This document shows positions 27,615 through 39,114 of a stretch of 64,000 nt of DNA, one piece after another. The position numbers and the translations under genes are program-made. Under the pieces are notes generated by a model. It made no database searches and was not told the origin of the DNA. It saw only the letters and a program-made list of their open reading frames with translations. The DNA is from Octopus bimaculoides. Lineage: Eukaryota. The DNA is taken from contig NC_069008.1 in NCBI RefSeq assembly GCF_001194135.2, forward strand, positions 16,204,565 to 16,268,564. The letters are read 5' to 3'. Within the stretch, counting starts at the first letter, position 1. Each line of letters starts with the position of its first letter.

Positions 27615-27842
27615 TGGCGTAGTGGTTAAGAGCGCGGGCTACTAACCCCAAGGTTCCGAGTTCGATTCACGGCAGCGACCTGATTAATTATAATAATAAT
27701 AGTAACATCGTTAGGAATGAGAACCCAGGTTCGAAATTTCCCCAAGACACCTGACGAAGGCTGGAGGGTATATCAGCCGAAACGTTGTGTTAACAACAAA
27801 CATGATGAAGAGAAATATCCGTCAAATGTAAATAATGTAAAA
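27615..27842 (+). mobile_element. Family H SINE: tRNA-derived head, (TAA)n linker, hammerhead body
   Basis: A box TGGCGTAGTGG 27615-27625, B box GTTCGATTC 27660-27668, then ttaggaatgagaacccagg...gtcaaatgtaaataatgt. Confidence 0.85.
27746..27791 (+). ncRNA. Minimal type-I hammerhead ribozyme motif
   Basis: GACAC CTGACGA A GGCTG gagggtatat CAGCC GAAA CG T T GTGTT. Confidence 0.72.
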
Positions 27843-27989
27843 TGTTCAAGTCAATTAAAGTTCGAAGGAATACTGTGAAGAACAAAAATGCATCGTTGGT
27901 GATATGTGTTGAAGAGTGTTTGGTAAGTTCACAGGTAGTTTATTATAGTTCGGATGCATATAGTTTTAGACAGCTTGGTGGACCAAAGT

Positions 27990-28165
27990 TATTGTTGGCA
28001 CTCCGTCGCTTACGACGTCGAGGGTTCCAGTCGATCCGATCAATGGAACAGCCTGCTAGTGAAATTAACGTGCAAGTGGCTGAGCACTCCACAGACATGT
28101 GTACCCTTAACGTAGTTCTCGGGGATATTCAGCGTGACACAGTGTGACAAGGCTGACCCTTTGAA
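27990..28165 (-). mobile_element. SINE family A, 5'-truncated, abutting the gypsy integrase relic
   Basis: ttcaaagggtcagcc...gacggagtgccaacaa; junction microhomology ttcaaa. Confidence 0.8.
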
Positions 28166-29175
28166 ATCCGTCCAGTGAGAAAAACTTTGGCAACAGATTC
28201 TGCAGTGATGTCTACTAAAGGAATAGCTTCCAGCCAAAATGTGAAGTGATCAATGCAGATGAGAAGGTAGATTGGTCATGATCAATGTGTACATGGTTGA
28301 AATGCACATCTAGTGTTGAATGTGCCAAGGAGATGTTTGGGTCTGTGGTGAAAAAATGCATGGTTGACCGCTGGATGCTGCAGAGAATGTGCCATGCTCA
28401 ATTTTCTGGTTGGTCATTTTCCTGTTGAGAAAAAGTACAGGGTTGGGTACACTTATGTGCTGAAGCTCCAAACTTGGCATGATACCAGCATATAGATGAA
28501 TGAGTGGGGGACAAAGGATAGCAAGGTGAGAAAGATCAATCGAAAGAACGCCTTCTGAGTGAACGTGACCTGGAAGTGCAAAGAGCTGCACTCTCTCCCT
28601 TTAATTCAAGTATTGCCTTCAGGCTTGCAGCCAAGGCAAGGTCCTTATCAGTGGAAACCGATGCTACTGATGGCTGTGCAGATGTATACAGTGGTCAGCT
28701 TGGTGGGACTGCTGGAAGTCTCTATGATTCTGTTGGCGATGGAGGCTATTTGTTTGACGGGAGTTGTCTCCACTATAGAGGCTAGGATGGCTTGAATGTT
28801 AGAGGGCAACCAGGAAAAGACAAAGAATTTCAATAAAGCACTATTGGCAGGTGCATTTTGGGCCCATTCCTTCATGCGGTGTAGAAGTTGCAAGGGATTA
28901 CGGTCGCCCAAGTGCTCATCATTTATGAGGGTTTGAAATTTTCTTTCTTCCGACAAGAACGTGCGTCGAACAATCTCATGCTTAATGCTCCTATGCATGG
29001 CATCATGTGATGGTTTGGTTACCAGGTCCCTCACAGTGGCTATATCAGACGGTGGTATTGCGCCAAATAATACATGGAGCCGTTGGTCTTCGGAGGCAAT
29101 ATTGTTTGCGGCAAACGTCGATTCAGTCTGTGCGATATACACTTTCACATCACCCATGAAACAAGGTAAGGAACT
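28166..29175 (-). mobile_element. Internally deleted Ty3/gypsy LTR retrotransposon: gag (DUF7041-like) plus integrase fragment
   Basis: Gag LPCF...AQTESTF...IPPSDIATVRDLV...EHLGDRNPLQLLHRM...LPSNIQAILAS and knuckle ICWYHAKFGASAHKCTQPC; integrase LGTF-TLDVHFNHVHID...YLLICIDHFTFWLEAIPLVDITAESVAKVF. Protease, RT and RNase H are absent. Confidence 0.85.
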
Positions 29176-29205
29176 GTGTTCTAATGAATTTTGACAATGA
29201 TACAA

Positions 29206-29901
29206 TCACACTTTTACATGGAGAGATGTATGTGTATTTAAGTTACTTCTCTGAGAGAATGATTTACCACAGAAGTCACAGGAATATGGTTTCTCTCCTG
29301 TATGAATACGTTTGTGTTTAGTTAAGCTAGAGTTTTCAGAGAATGACTTACCACAGATATCACAATTATATGGCTTTTCTCCCGTATGAGTACGTTTGTG
29401 TTTCATCAAGTCACTACTTGCAGAGAATGATTTACTACAGACATCACAGTGAAATGGTCTCTCTCCTGTATGAATAAGTTTGTGTGTAGTTAAGTTACCT
29501 TTTGTTGAGAATGATTTACCACAGATAACACATTGAAATGGCTTTTCTGCTGCATGAATACGTTTGTGTGTAGTTAAGCCGCTGTTTGCAGAGAATGATT
29601 TACCACAGATCACACAGTGATATGGTTTCTCTCCTGTGTGAATACGTTTGTGATTGCTTAACTGGCTATTCTCAGTGAATGCTTTGCCACAGATATCACA
29701 GTGATATGGTTTCTCTCCTGTATGAATACGTATATGTTTACTTAAGCTACCATTTTGAGAGAATGATTTACCACAGGCATCACAGTGAAATGGCTTCTCA
29801 CCTGTATGAACACGAATGTGTTTAACCAAGTTACTACATGTAGAGAATGATTTACCACATATTTTACAATGATATCCTATGTTCACTAATTCTTTTGACA
29901 T
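29206..29901 (-). CDS. G4: C2H2 zinc-finger protein, 8 fingers, 231 aa
   Basis: Intact ORF MSKELVNIG...HTSLHVKV; acceptor 30231/30232; exon 1 at 33442-33574. Confidence 0.93.
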   Translation of the reverse strand: MSKELVNIGYHCKICGKSFSTCSNLVKHIRVHTGEKPFHCDACGKSFSQNGSLSKHIRIHTGEKPYHCDICGKAFTENSQLSNHKRIHTGEKPYHCVICGKSFSANSGLTTHKRIHAAEKPFQCVICGKSFSTKGNLTTHKLIHTGERPFHCDVCSKSFSASSDLMKHKRTHTGEKPYNCDICGKSFSENSSLTKHKRIHTGEKPYSCDFCGKSFSQRSNLNTHTSLHVKV

Positions 29902-32489
29902 TTCTCTAAGGGATACAAATAGACACAACCATTGAAGTTTCTCACAGTAATAAATTTTCCCCTTATCTTTCTTCTCTCACCACAGCATATAATTTCCTTT
30001 TTCTTGTTATAATTTATTCCTTAGAAATATATCTGCTGCTATCAACTGATTTTACCAATATCTAAAATTCTGCAAAAGCACCAGGTAATGAGATGAAGAA
30101 ATGTTGGTATTTATCTCAAGTCAGAGCAAATCTGCTCTCTAAAACATTTTCCTTTGGTCTTTAAAACATGATTAATATGTCAGATGTATCCAGTGTACAA
30201 AAGTTGTTTTATGCCAACGTCATCCATTAATCTGTAACAAAAAAGAAACAGTATTAGATATACAGGAGATATCAAACTGGAAGTGCTGCAATATTTCAAA
30301 TGACATCACATAATATTGGGTGAAATCTAAAAATTTGCAAATTACAATTACACCTCCACATTGTGTGTGTATATATAGCAGTTGAATAAATTTAAAACAT
30401 ATTCTGGTTTTCACATTTTTTATTATGGTATTTTAGCAAAATTAGCGCTTTCATGCATAGTATACTCATGAGATTTCTAATGTGTTTAACTGACAGTTGA
30501 GTTCTTGACAACTTTAGTACCTCTTAGAACGCACCAACCAGCTGAATTTTTCAAATACCTTTTGATCAATCCGCAATAAAAACAACACCACAATCACAAC
30601 TGATATTTATTACAGACACACAGACACACCAGTATCCAGATTTAAAATCATGTCACCTAACACACACAAAATGCAACATCCCATACTGTCTAACCAGGAA
30701 AATTTGTACTATAGTTTAATGATGCAAATACCAGAAACACATGATTTATAGAACTCAAAGGGTCTCTGCTCAAGCAAAATTACCCTCTCCTACTTATAGA
30801 AAATACTATACAACAGCCGACAGCATGAAAATAGGTCATACAAATTGTTATTAATATTGGAAAAAATTCTAAGTTTCCAACATTTTTATGATAGAGAGTT
30901 AAGAGAAGTTATATTGTGTAAGAGAGTGAATTCAATATGTATTTCAGTTCCAAATGTTATGAAGCACGCGTTATGGTTAAATTACTTTATACAGTTATAA
31001 TATTTAGACAATGGTTTCTTCAAAATGTTAGGATTAAGAGAAAAACCAAGAATGAATAGTGAGAGAGGGGTTTGGAGGAGTAAAGTTGAAAAAAGTGTGA
31101 CACACTGACAATTGCTTTCGCATTTATTATTATAGATATGAATGTTTTGAAAATCATTAGCAAAATCTAAAACGACATACCACGTAACGAAGAGAGGGCA
31201 AAAATGAGACAGAAAAAATTCTCAAAGACAGCTGCATGCCAAACTATTGCTCATTGCTTGATGATGATGATTAAAATTTAACCAACAAAACACGATCACC
31301 ATGCAAACGGCAACGGCCCTCTTACACTTTCATTCGCAAACTAGGCATATAGTCAGACATGCAGTAGGCTTGACTATAACATTCTGTTGTTGGTCACTGC
31401 ATGCCTGACTATATATATGTATATATATATATATATATNNNNNNNNNNNNNNNNNNNNNNNNNNNNNNNNNNNNNNNNNNNNNNNNNNNNNNNNNNNNNN
31501 NNNNNNNNNNNNNNNNNNNNNNNNNNNNNNNNNNNNNNNNNNNNNNNNNNNNNNNNNNNNNNNNNNNNNNNNNNNNNNNNNNNNNNNNNNNNNNNNNNNN
31601 NNNNNNNNNNNNNNNNNNNNNNNNNNNNNNNNNNNNNNNNNNNNNNNNNNNNNNNNNNNNNNNNNNNNNNNNNNNNNNNNNNNNNNNNNNNNNNNNNNNN
31701 NNNNNNNNNNNNNNNNNNNNNNNNNNNNNNNNNNNNNNNNNNNNNNNNNNNNNNNNNNNNNNNNNNNNNNNNNNNNNNNNNNNNNNNNNNNNNNNNNNNN
31801 NNNNNNNNNNNNNNNNNNNNNNNNNNNNNNNNNNNNNNNNNNNNNNNNNNNNNNNNNNNNNNNNNNNNNNNNNNNNNNNNNNNNNNNNNNNNNNNNNNNN
31901 NNNNNNNNNNNNNNNNNNNNNNNNNNNNNNNNNNNNNNNNNNNNNNNNNNNNNNNNNNNNNNNNNNNNNNNNNNNNNNNNNNNNNNNNNNNNNNNNNNAT
32001 GATTATCATGATATATAGATGAAATCATATACATATATCTATCCATTTACCCCTCTCTCTCTTTTCGAAAAATGTTTTTTTTTTTTTCTAATCCCTTTCC
32101 CATCTTCCTCTCTGGACCGATTCTGATTAATTTTGTGGCCACTACACGATTAAAAACTAGAGGAGAAGCCTTTTTAGAAAAAAAAAAAAAAAATTCTGGC
32201 GAAAGCGCGTGTGATTTAATGGAAGTTTGGTCGTTGTTTCTAGCACATCCCATGACCGGTAAGGTGTAGTAGGGTTCATAAAATCAAAAATTTTCAAAAC
32301 AATTTCTTAATAGCATAATTGAATTTCTGCTATTAACGGGGAGAAAATACTGAAAACCATCAACCAATACTTGTCAAGAGTGACAAAGAAACGAGGAAGG
32401 TGGCAGTTGGATATGCTAGAAGCAACAGTCAAATCGCCCTTTAACCACACCCCTTTACGTACGAAAACATTTACTGTTTTTACCGAAAA

Positions 32490-32773
32490 GGCTTCGGTGG
32501 AGATGGAGTATGTAATCTAGGTATAGGCTATGGAGATTCCGATTCTGAAAAAAAAATTTTCAAAAGTCTCAATTTCAAAATTTCGATCCCCCACCTCCGG
32601 TTTTATATAGATCCACAGGGTAAACCTAACCCTAACTCAAACCCTAACCCTAAACTTAACCTTAACACTAGTTTTGTGAGATTTGGCTGTTATTTCTAGC
32701 ATGTAAATAGCCTGCTTGGTGGGGGGGGGGAATTGAAATTTTTCAAAATCGGAATCTCCATAGCCTAAAACGT
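32490..32773. repeat. TTAGGG-bearing non-autonomous repeat in the G4 intron
   Basis: aggctatggagattccgattctgaaaaaa plus a CCCTAA tract; related to 49380-49647 and 51360-51890. Confidence 0.55.
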
Positions 32774-33441
32774 NNNNNNNNNNNNNNNNNNNNNNNNNNN
32801 NNNNNNNNNNNNNNNNNNNNNNNNNNNNNNNNNNNNNNNNNNNNNNNNNNNNNNNNNNNNNNNNNNNNNNNNNNNNNNNNNNNNNNNNNNNNNNNNNNNN
32901 NNNNNNNNNNNNNNNNNNNNNNNNNNNNNNNNNNNNNNNNNNNNNNNNNNNNNNNNNNNNNNNNNNNNNNNNNNNNNNNNNNNNNNNNNNNNNNNNNNNN
33001 NNNNNNNNNNNNNNNNNNNNNNNNNNNNNNNNNNNGGTTCACTGCAACAAGAATACTTATGGAATTCATTGATGCAATTTAAACTGTGAATTGATTTTAC
33101 GGATTGTAAAATAGGAAATTATCCCGTGTTGTCCTGTGTGTGTCATTCCATCTGTCCTTTGGTGAAACTTAGTCTACTTAGGAACATTCTGCTCAACATG
33201 GCTCACTGTAGCGTAGTGTTGTGTGCTCTGGAGTAAAGCAATCTGAATTAGATATGACCAGAGAAGCGAAAGAGATGGGGGTGACAGCACGGAAGGCCAC
33301 AGTCCCCCGGGACCCACAAAGTGTAAAGCTGAAAACCTGGACATCTTCAGAGACAGGAAGGGCGGAGCCGACGGATTTCTGGAAACCAGATAAGAGATCC
33401 GGCACGTACGATCAATCGATGGATAGGTGTGTATATCTTAC

Positions 33442-33690
33442 CTGTTATGCTATACAAATCAATATTTAGTGTGAAAAATATATTTACTCACATCAAAATC
33501 TCCGTGAAAACACAAAAACACGTTATTGTTTATTCTTTCTTTCAAGTCAAAAATGTTGAAACGGAAACGGAAGTACGGTGTGAAATATGACAACTGTAAA
33601 CCCACCGCTCTCTAGTAATTAAAACCAAGAATATTAATTATTATGATATCGCTTCCTGAAATATAGTAAAAAACAAAAATTTAGGTTTAT
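33442..33690 (-). promoter_or_regulatory. Promoter module and non-coding exon 1 of G4
   Basis: cggaaacggaagt at 33562-33574; donor (cttacctg) with exon end at 33442; upstream TACTAGAGAGC box. Confidence 0.75.
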
Positions 33691-33739
33691 TCTTTGCCAA
33701 GAGGCGTGCGTGCCATAGGTTGCTTATGCCTGTTTAAGA

Positions 33740-33999
33740 ACATCACCACCAAGGCCGCTCAGGACAATAATGAACATTCGTTTATCATTGCTTCAAAATA
33801 TTATTGTTTCATTTCTGGTTTTATTTACTCGAGAGTAGTGAGATGACTTTTGTCACATGACACACCATACTTCCGTTTCCGTTACAATCTTTTTTGACTC
33901 TGGGGGAAAATAACGATAACGTGTTTTTCTGTTTTCGCGGAGGTTTGGTGTGAGTAAATATATTTTTCACACTAAATATCGATTTGTAAAGCATTGCAG
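33740..33999 (+). promoter_or_regulatory. Promoter module and non-coding exon 1 of G5
   Basis: GTCACATGAC E-box-like site, ACTTCCGTTTCCG 33869-33881, donor CAG|GTAAGA at 33999/34000; acceptor 35197/35198. Confidence 0.75.
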
Positions 34000-35621
34000 G
34001 TAAGATATACACACCTATCTATCGATTTATCGTACTTACCGGACCTTTTGTCCGACTTACAGAAATCCACGAGAGTATTCGGTTTTCCCCACCCGTCTCT
34101 GAAGGTGACCGGGTTTCCCGCTTTACACTTTGTGGGTCCTGAGGGACTGTGGCCTTCCGTGCCGCCTCCCCCTCTCTTTAGCTTCTCTGGTCATATCTAA
34201 TTCAGATTGCTTTACTCCAGAGCACACAACACTACGCTACAGTGAGCCATGTTGAGCAGAATGTTCCTAAGTAGACTAAGTTTCACCAAAGAACAAGTGG
34301 AATGACACTCTAAAGACAACACAAGTAATTTCCTATTTTATGTCCGTATAATAAATTCACAATTTAAATTGCACCAATATGTATGTATATATATATATGT
34401 ATATATATAAACATATACATACACATACAGATTTATATATACATATATATNNNNNNNNNNNNNNNNNNNNNNNNNNNNNNNNNNNNNNNNNNNNNNNNNN
34501 NNNNNNNNNNNNNNNNNNNNNNNNNNNNNNNNNNNNNNNNNNNNNNNNNNNNNNNNNNNNNNNNNNNNNNNNNNNNNNNNNNNNNNNNNNNNNNNNNNNN
34601 NNNNNNNNNNNNNNNNNNNNNNNNNNNNNNNNNNNNNNNNNNNNNNNNNNNNNNNNNNNNNNNNNNNNNNNNNNNNNNNNNNNNNNNNNNNNNNNNNNNN
34701 NNNNNNNNNNNNNNNNNNNNNNNNNNNNNNNNNNNNNNNNNNNNNNNNNNNNNNNNNNNNNNNNNNNNNNNNNNNNNNNNNNNNNNNNNNNNNNNNNNNN
34801 NNNNNNNNNNNNNNNNNNNNNNNNNNNNNNNNNNNNNNNNNNNNNNNNNNNNNNNNNNNNNNNNNNNNNNNNNNNNNNNNNNNNNNNNNNNNNNNNNNNN
34901 NNNNNNNNNNNNNNNNNNNNNNNNNNNNNNNNNNNNNNNNNNNNNNNNNNNNNNNNNNNNNNNNNNNNNNNNNNNNNNNNNNNNNNNNNNNNNNNNNNNN
35001 NNNNNNNNNNNNNNNNNNNNNNNNNNNNNNNNNNNNNNNNNNNNNNNNNNNNNNNNNNNNNNNNNNNNNNNNNNNNNNNNNNNNNNNNNNNNNNNNNNNN
35101 NNNNNNNNNNNNNNNNNNNNNNNNNNNNNNNNNNNNNNNNNNNNNNNNNNNNNNNNNNNNNNNNNCTATATCTAATACTGTTTCTTTATTATTTCAGATT
35201 AATGGATGACATTGGCACAAAACAACTTTTTTAAGTTTGGATACATCTGGAATATTGATAATTTTTTTAAAGACTAGAGGAAAATATAGAGAACAGATAT
35301 AATAACCCAACTGCAATAAATCTAGACTGGAATTACTGTGAAATATTTGCTCTGAGCGAAGATTCATAGCACCATTTCTGCATCTCATTATCTGCTGCTT
35401 TTGCATTCTAATTAAACTTGAATATCTTTGCAAAGGAGTTTGCAGAATTTTAGATATTGATAAAGTCACAGTTGATAGCAGTTGAAATATTTCTGGGGAA
35501 TAAATTATAACAATAACAAGAAGAAGGAAATTATATGCTGTGGTGAGAGACGAAGGATAAGGGAAAAATTTAATATTGTGAAAAACTTCAATGGTTGGAT
35601 GCATTTGTATCCCTTAGAGAA

Positions 35622-36401
35622 ATGTCAAAAATATTAGGAAAATCACAACATTGTTGTGAAATTTGTGGTAAATCATTCCCCGCAAGTAGTGACTTGGTTA
35701 AACACATTCGTTTTCATACAGGTGAGAAGCCATTTCACTGTGATACCTGTGGTAAATCCTTCTCTCAAAACTGTAGCTTAAGTAAACATATACGTATTCA
35801 TACAGGAGAAAAGCCATTTCACTGTGACACCTGTGGTAGATCATTCTCTCAAAAGGGTGACTTAACTAAACACATACGTATTCACACAGGAGAGAGACCA
35901 TATCATTGTGATGTCTGTGGCAAATCATTCTCTGCACACAGTACCTTAGTTATACACAAAAATATTCATTCAGCGGAAAAGCCATATAATTGTGATATCT
36001 GTGGTAAGTCATTCTCTCTCAGGAACAGCTTAATTAGTCACATACGTATTCATACAGGAGAGAAACCATATCACTGTGATATCTGCGGGAAGGCATTCAC
36101 TGAGGATAGTCACTTAAGGAGACACAGACGTATTCACACGGGAGAGAGACCGTATCACTGTGATTTCTGTGGTAAATCATTCTCTGGAATTACTGACTTG
36201 ACTACACACAAACGTATTCATACAAAGGAGAGACCATATACTTGTGATATCTGTGATAAATCATTCTCTGACAACTCGAACTTAACTCGACACAAACGTA
36301 TTCATACAGGGGAGAGACCATATCCCTGTGACATCTGTGGTAAAACATTCTCTCGGAGAGGTAACTTAACTACACATGCATCTGTCCATGTAAAAGTGTG
36401 A
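35622..36401 (+). CDS. G5: C2H2 zinc-finger protein, 9 fingers, 259 aa
   Basis: Intact [12 protein letters not shown]...HASVHVKV. Confidence 0.93.
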   Translation: MSKILGKSQHCCEICGKSFPASSDLVKHIRFHTGEKPFHCDTCGKSFSQNCSLSKHIRIHTGEKPFHCDTCGRSFSQKGDLTKHIRIHTGERPYHCDVCGKSFSAHSTLVIHKNIHSAEKPYNCDICGKSFSLRNSLISHIRIHTGEKPYHCDICGKAFTEDSHLRRHRRIHTGERPYHCDFCGKSFSGITDLTTHKRIHTKERPYTCDICDKSFSDNSNLTRHKRIHTGERPYPCDICGKTFSRRGNLTTHASVHVKV

Positions 36402-37397
36402 TTGTATCATTGTAAAAGTTCATTAGACCACCCAACAACAACCAGTATTTGCCAACATGGTGAACTATTCTGCAGGCAATGTTGCAGTTGTAAGAGATGA
36501 AGATGAATCTAATCCCACTACTAGCCAGCAAAGCAACGACCGACTCTGCCAGACAGGAATGTCAGTCAAGTGTTGCTGGAATGAAGCGTAAAGAGATGCT
36601 CCACTGTGTTTCTCAAAGTCTGAACACAAACAACAACCATAAGGAAAACAACAACAAGAACAAGTACAGCAATAACAACAAAAGTGTTTTCTTATGTTTA
36701 CATACATACATCAATACATATGCATACATCTTTTTGGTATGTACATGTGTGTGTGTGTGTGTGAGAGAGTGAGTGAGTGTACATGTGTCTTCTCATGTAT
36801 GTGTAAGTGGCACTCTCTCTCTCGCACACACACACACGTCCATTTCATATACATGTTCATACATTTTTCACTCTCCTCTCTTTCACCTTAAAACAAAATT
36901 AAATAAAAAAAAAATTTACAGAAATTAATGAACAAACAGCTGATCCCGTTGACATTTCTTTGACAACTTTGAGAGTTATAACGAAACATAGCCACTGCTT
37001 ATTATCTATCTCCCAAATGAACTGTTTTTCACTCAGCGACTCTTTTTTTACAACTGAAATAACCTCAGTAACTACGTGGGGCACACAGTTTTGCGGTCAT
37101 TTATGGACAATATTTCAATTTGCTTCTAATGTTTCATTTTTGTCCATTGTTTCATGCATGCGTAGAATTCTACCTGGACAAACATTTATGAAAACACACA
37201 CATAAATATTGTAATAAAATAAGCCACAATAAAAAAAATTGCATTAAAAAAACATCCATTTCTGTATATGTTATGAGGAAATACAGTCACTCTCTCTCCC
37301 TCTCTCATGCACAGGTCGAAGGTAAAGAATACACACTCCCAGTGTTTAGGGTTTGGGTTACGCCGAAAACAGGTGGTGTACGTGTACATGAAAGATA

Positions 37398-37428
<31 letters not shown>

Positions 37429-37562
37429 CGAGTGAGTGACACTTACACATACATGCAAAAAAGTTGTTACTTCACAATACACACCTTCACTCGCTCTCTC
37501 TCAGACACACACACACCTCCGTTTCATATACATCTACGTCTTTCACATTCTTCTCGCTTTTA

Positions 37563-37798
37563 CAGTGTGACAAGGCTGACCCCCTTTGAATTACAGGTAC
37601 AACAGAAACAGGAAGGAAGAGCGAGAGAAAGTTGTGGTGAAAGAGTACAGCAGGGTTCGCCACCATCCCCTGCCGGAGCCTCGTGGAGCTTTAGGCGTTT
37701 TTTCTCAATAAACACTCACAATGCCCGGTCTGGGAATTGAAACTGCGATCCTATGACCGTGAGTCCACTGCACTAGCCACTGGGCCATTGCGACTCCA
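37563..37798 (-). mobile_element. tRNA(Arg)-like SINE, family A, 3'-truncated
   Basis: Reverse complement of the family A head and body. Confidence 0.8.
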
Positions 37799-38779
37799 CA
37801 AGTATAAAAAAACAACGAAAAAGTGAAGGTATGTATAAATAGTTGAACTAAATCTAATTATATGTAATAACTATTTTGTGTTAAGGTGAACGCAAAGGTA
37901 TGTAAATAAGACAGGATAACCTATGTATTTCAGGGTCGGCGTTCCATTACCTTCGTGATGAAATATTTGATCACAGCATTACAACGTTAATTAGTTTGTC
38001 CCCTATTTTACAGGATAGAGTTAAATGGCTTTTAATCAACAACAAATCAATCAATGCACTTTCCTCACCCTTCTGGGATTCTTTCATCTGGACTTAGAAA
38101 GCAAATTATTTGCGCCGCTATTGTTGCATGTATATTGTAGCAGGCTTCCATTAACTGAATTCAAATGAGGACTCGGTCACCGAGAAGTATTCTAATGGTA
38201 AATACAAAATGTATTGGTGTATGATATCTAAAGCAAGAAGCTGAACCATAATTACATACCATCTTATAGAGGCTGCCATTGGCTGTTCAAGTGCGTATTA
38301 TTAAATGGAAAAACAGTATGAATCACCACAAGACATTTTTGTGTATAAATATGTTTATTCTGTTTTCACCTTTTGTGGTGGAAGCATGCAGTGCGATACA
38401 AAAGCGTGTTTACATAAAAAGAAAGTTTTTGTACTGAAAGAAGTAACATATAATATTTGTATTACAGTATGTAACAACCATTCTGAGGATGTGTGATGAA
38501 ATATCTTTGTTTACAAACCATATATCTTGTGTCGAGGTATACAGACATGTGAGTCACACATGGAAGATTTCGCATGGAGCTGCAGACGACCGAAGCCTGG
38601 CAGGAACTGAGAGTTGCTACAGTATAGTTCAGAACGAGGCTAGATGCCTCATCAACATATTCCTCTGCTGTGCTGGTAGACTCACATATCACTATGTAAT
38701 ATGTCGCCGTTCTACAGTTTCAAATGTTTGTCAGCTATAACATAGGACACTTCTAACATGACTATTCTTAATATAGATT

Positions 38780-39055
38780 TACAACTACAGTTCTATATTT
38801 CAGAGATGACGAATTATGTACATTATTTACAGTTGACGGATATTTGCCCTCATCTTGTTTGTTGCTAACATGTTTTGACTGATATACCCTCCAGCCTTCA
38901 TAAGGTGTCTTGGGAAATTTTTGAACCTGTGTTCTCATTCCTAATGTATTTTTCGAAGTTATCATTTTTATTATTATTATCACTCGGGTCAATGTTTGGA
39001 ATTGAACTCAGAATGTTGTGGTTAGTAGTCCACACTCTCAACTACTACGCCATAT
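38780..39055 (-). mobile_element. Family H SINE (head, linker, body) with an inactivated hammerhead core
   Basis: atggcgtagtagttgagagtg...gagttcaattcc head; core reads CUUAUGA...AAAA instead of CUGAUGA...GAAA. Confidence 0.8.
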
Positions 39056-39114
39056 GTCCTTGTGCCACTTCTTGGAGAGAATGGCTTACCACAGATAACA
39101 CCGTGATATGGTTT

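Noticed and set aside
27615-27680. tRNA gene candidates at SINE heads (also 7541, 23431, 44188, 60210)
   Set aside because: Acceptor stems are incomplete and each head is fused to a repeat body, so they are SINE heads rather than tRNA genes.
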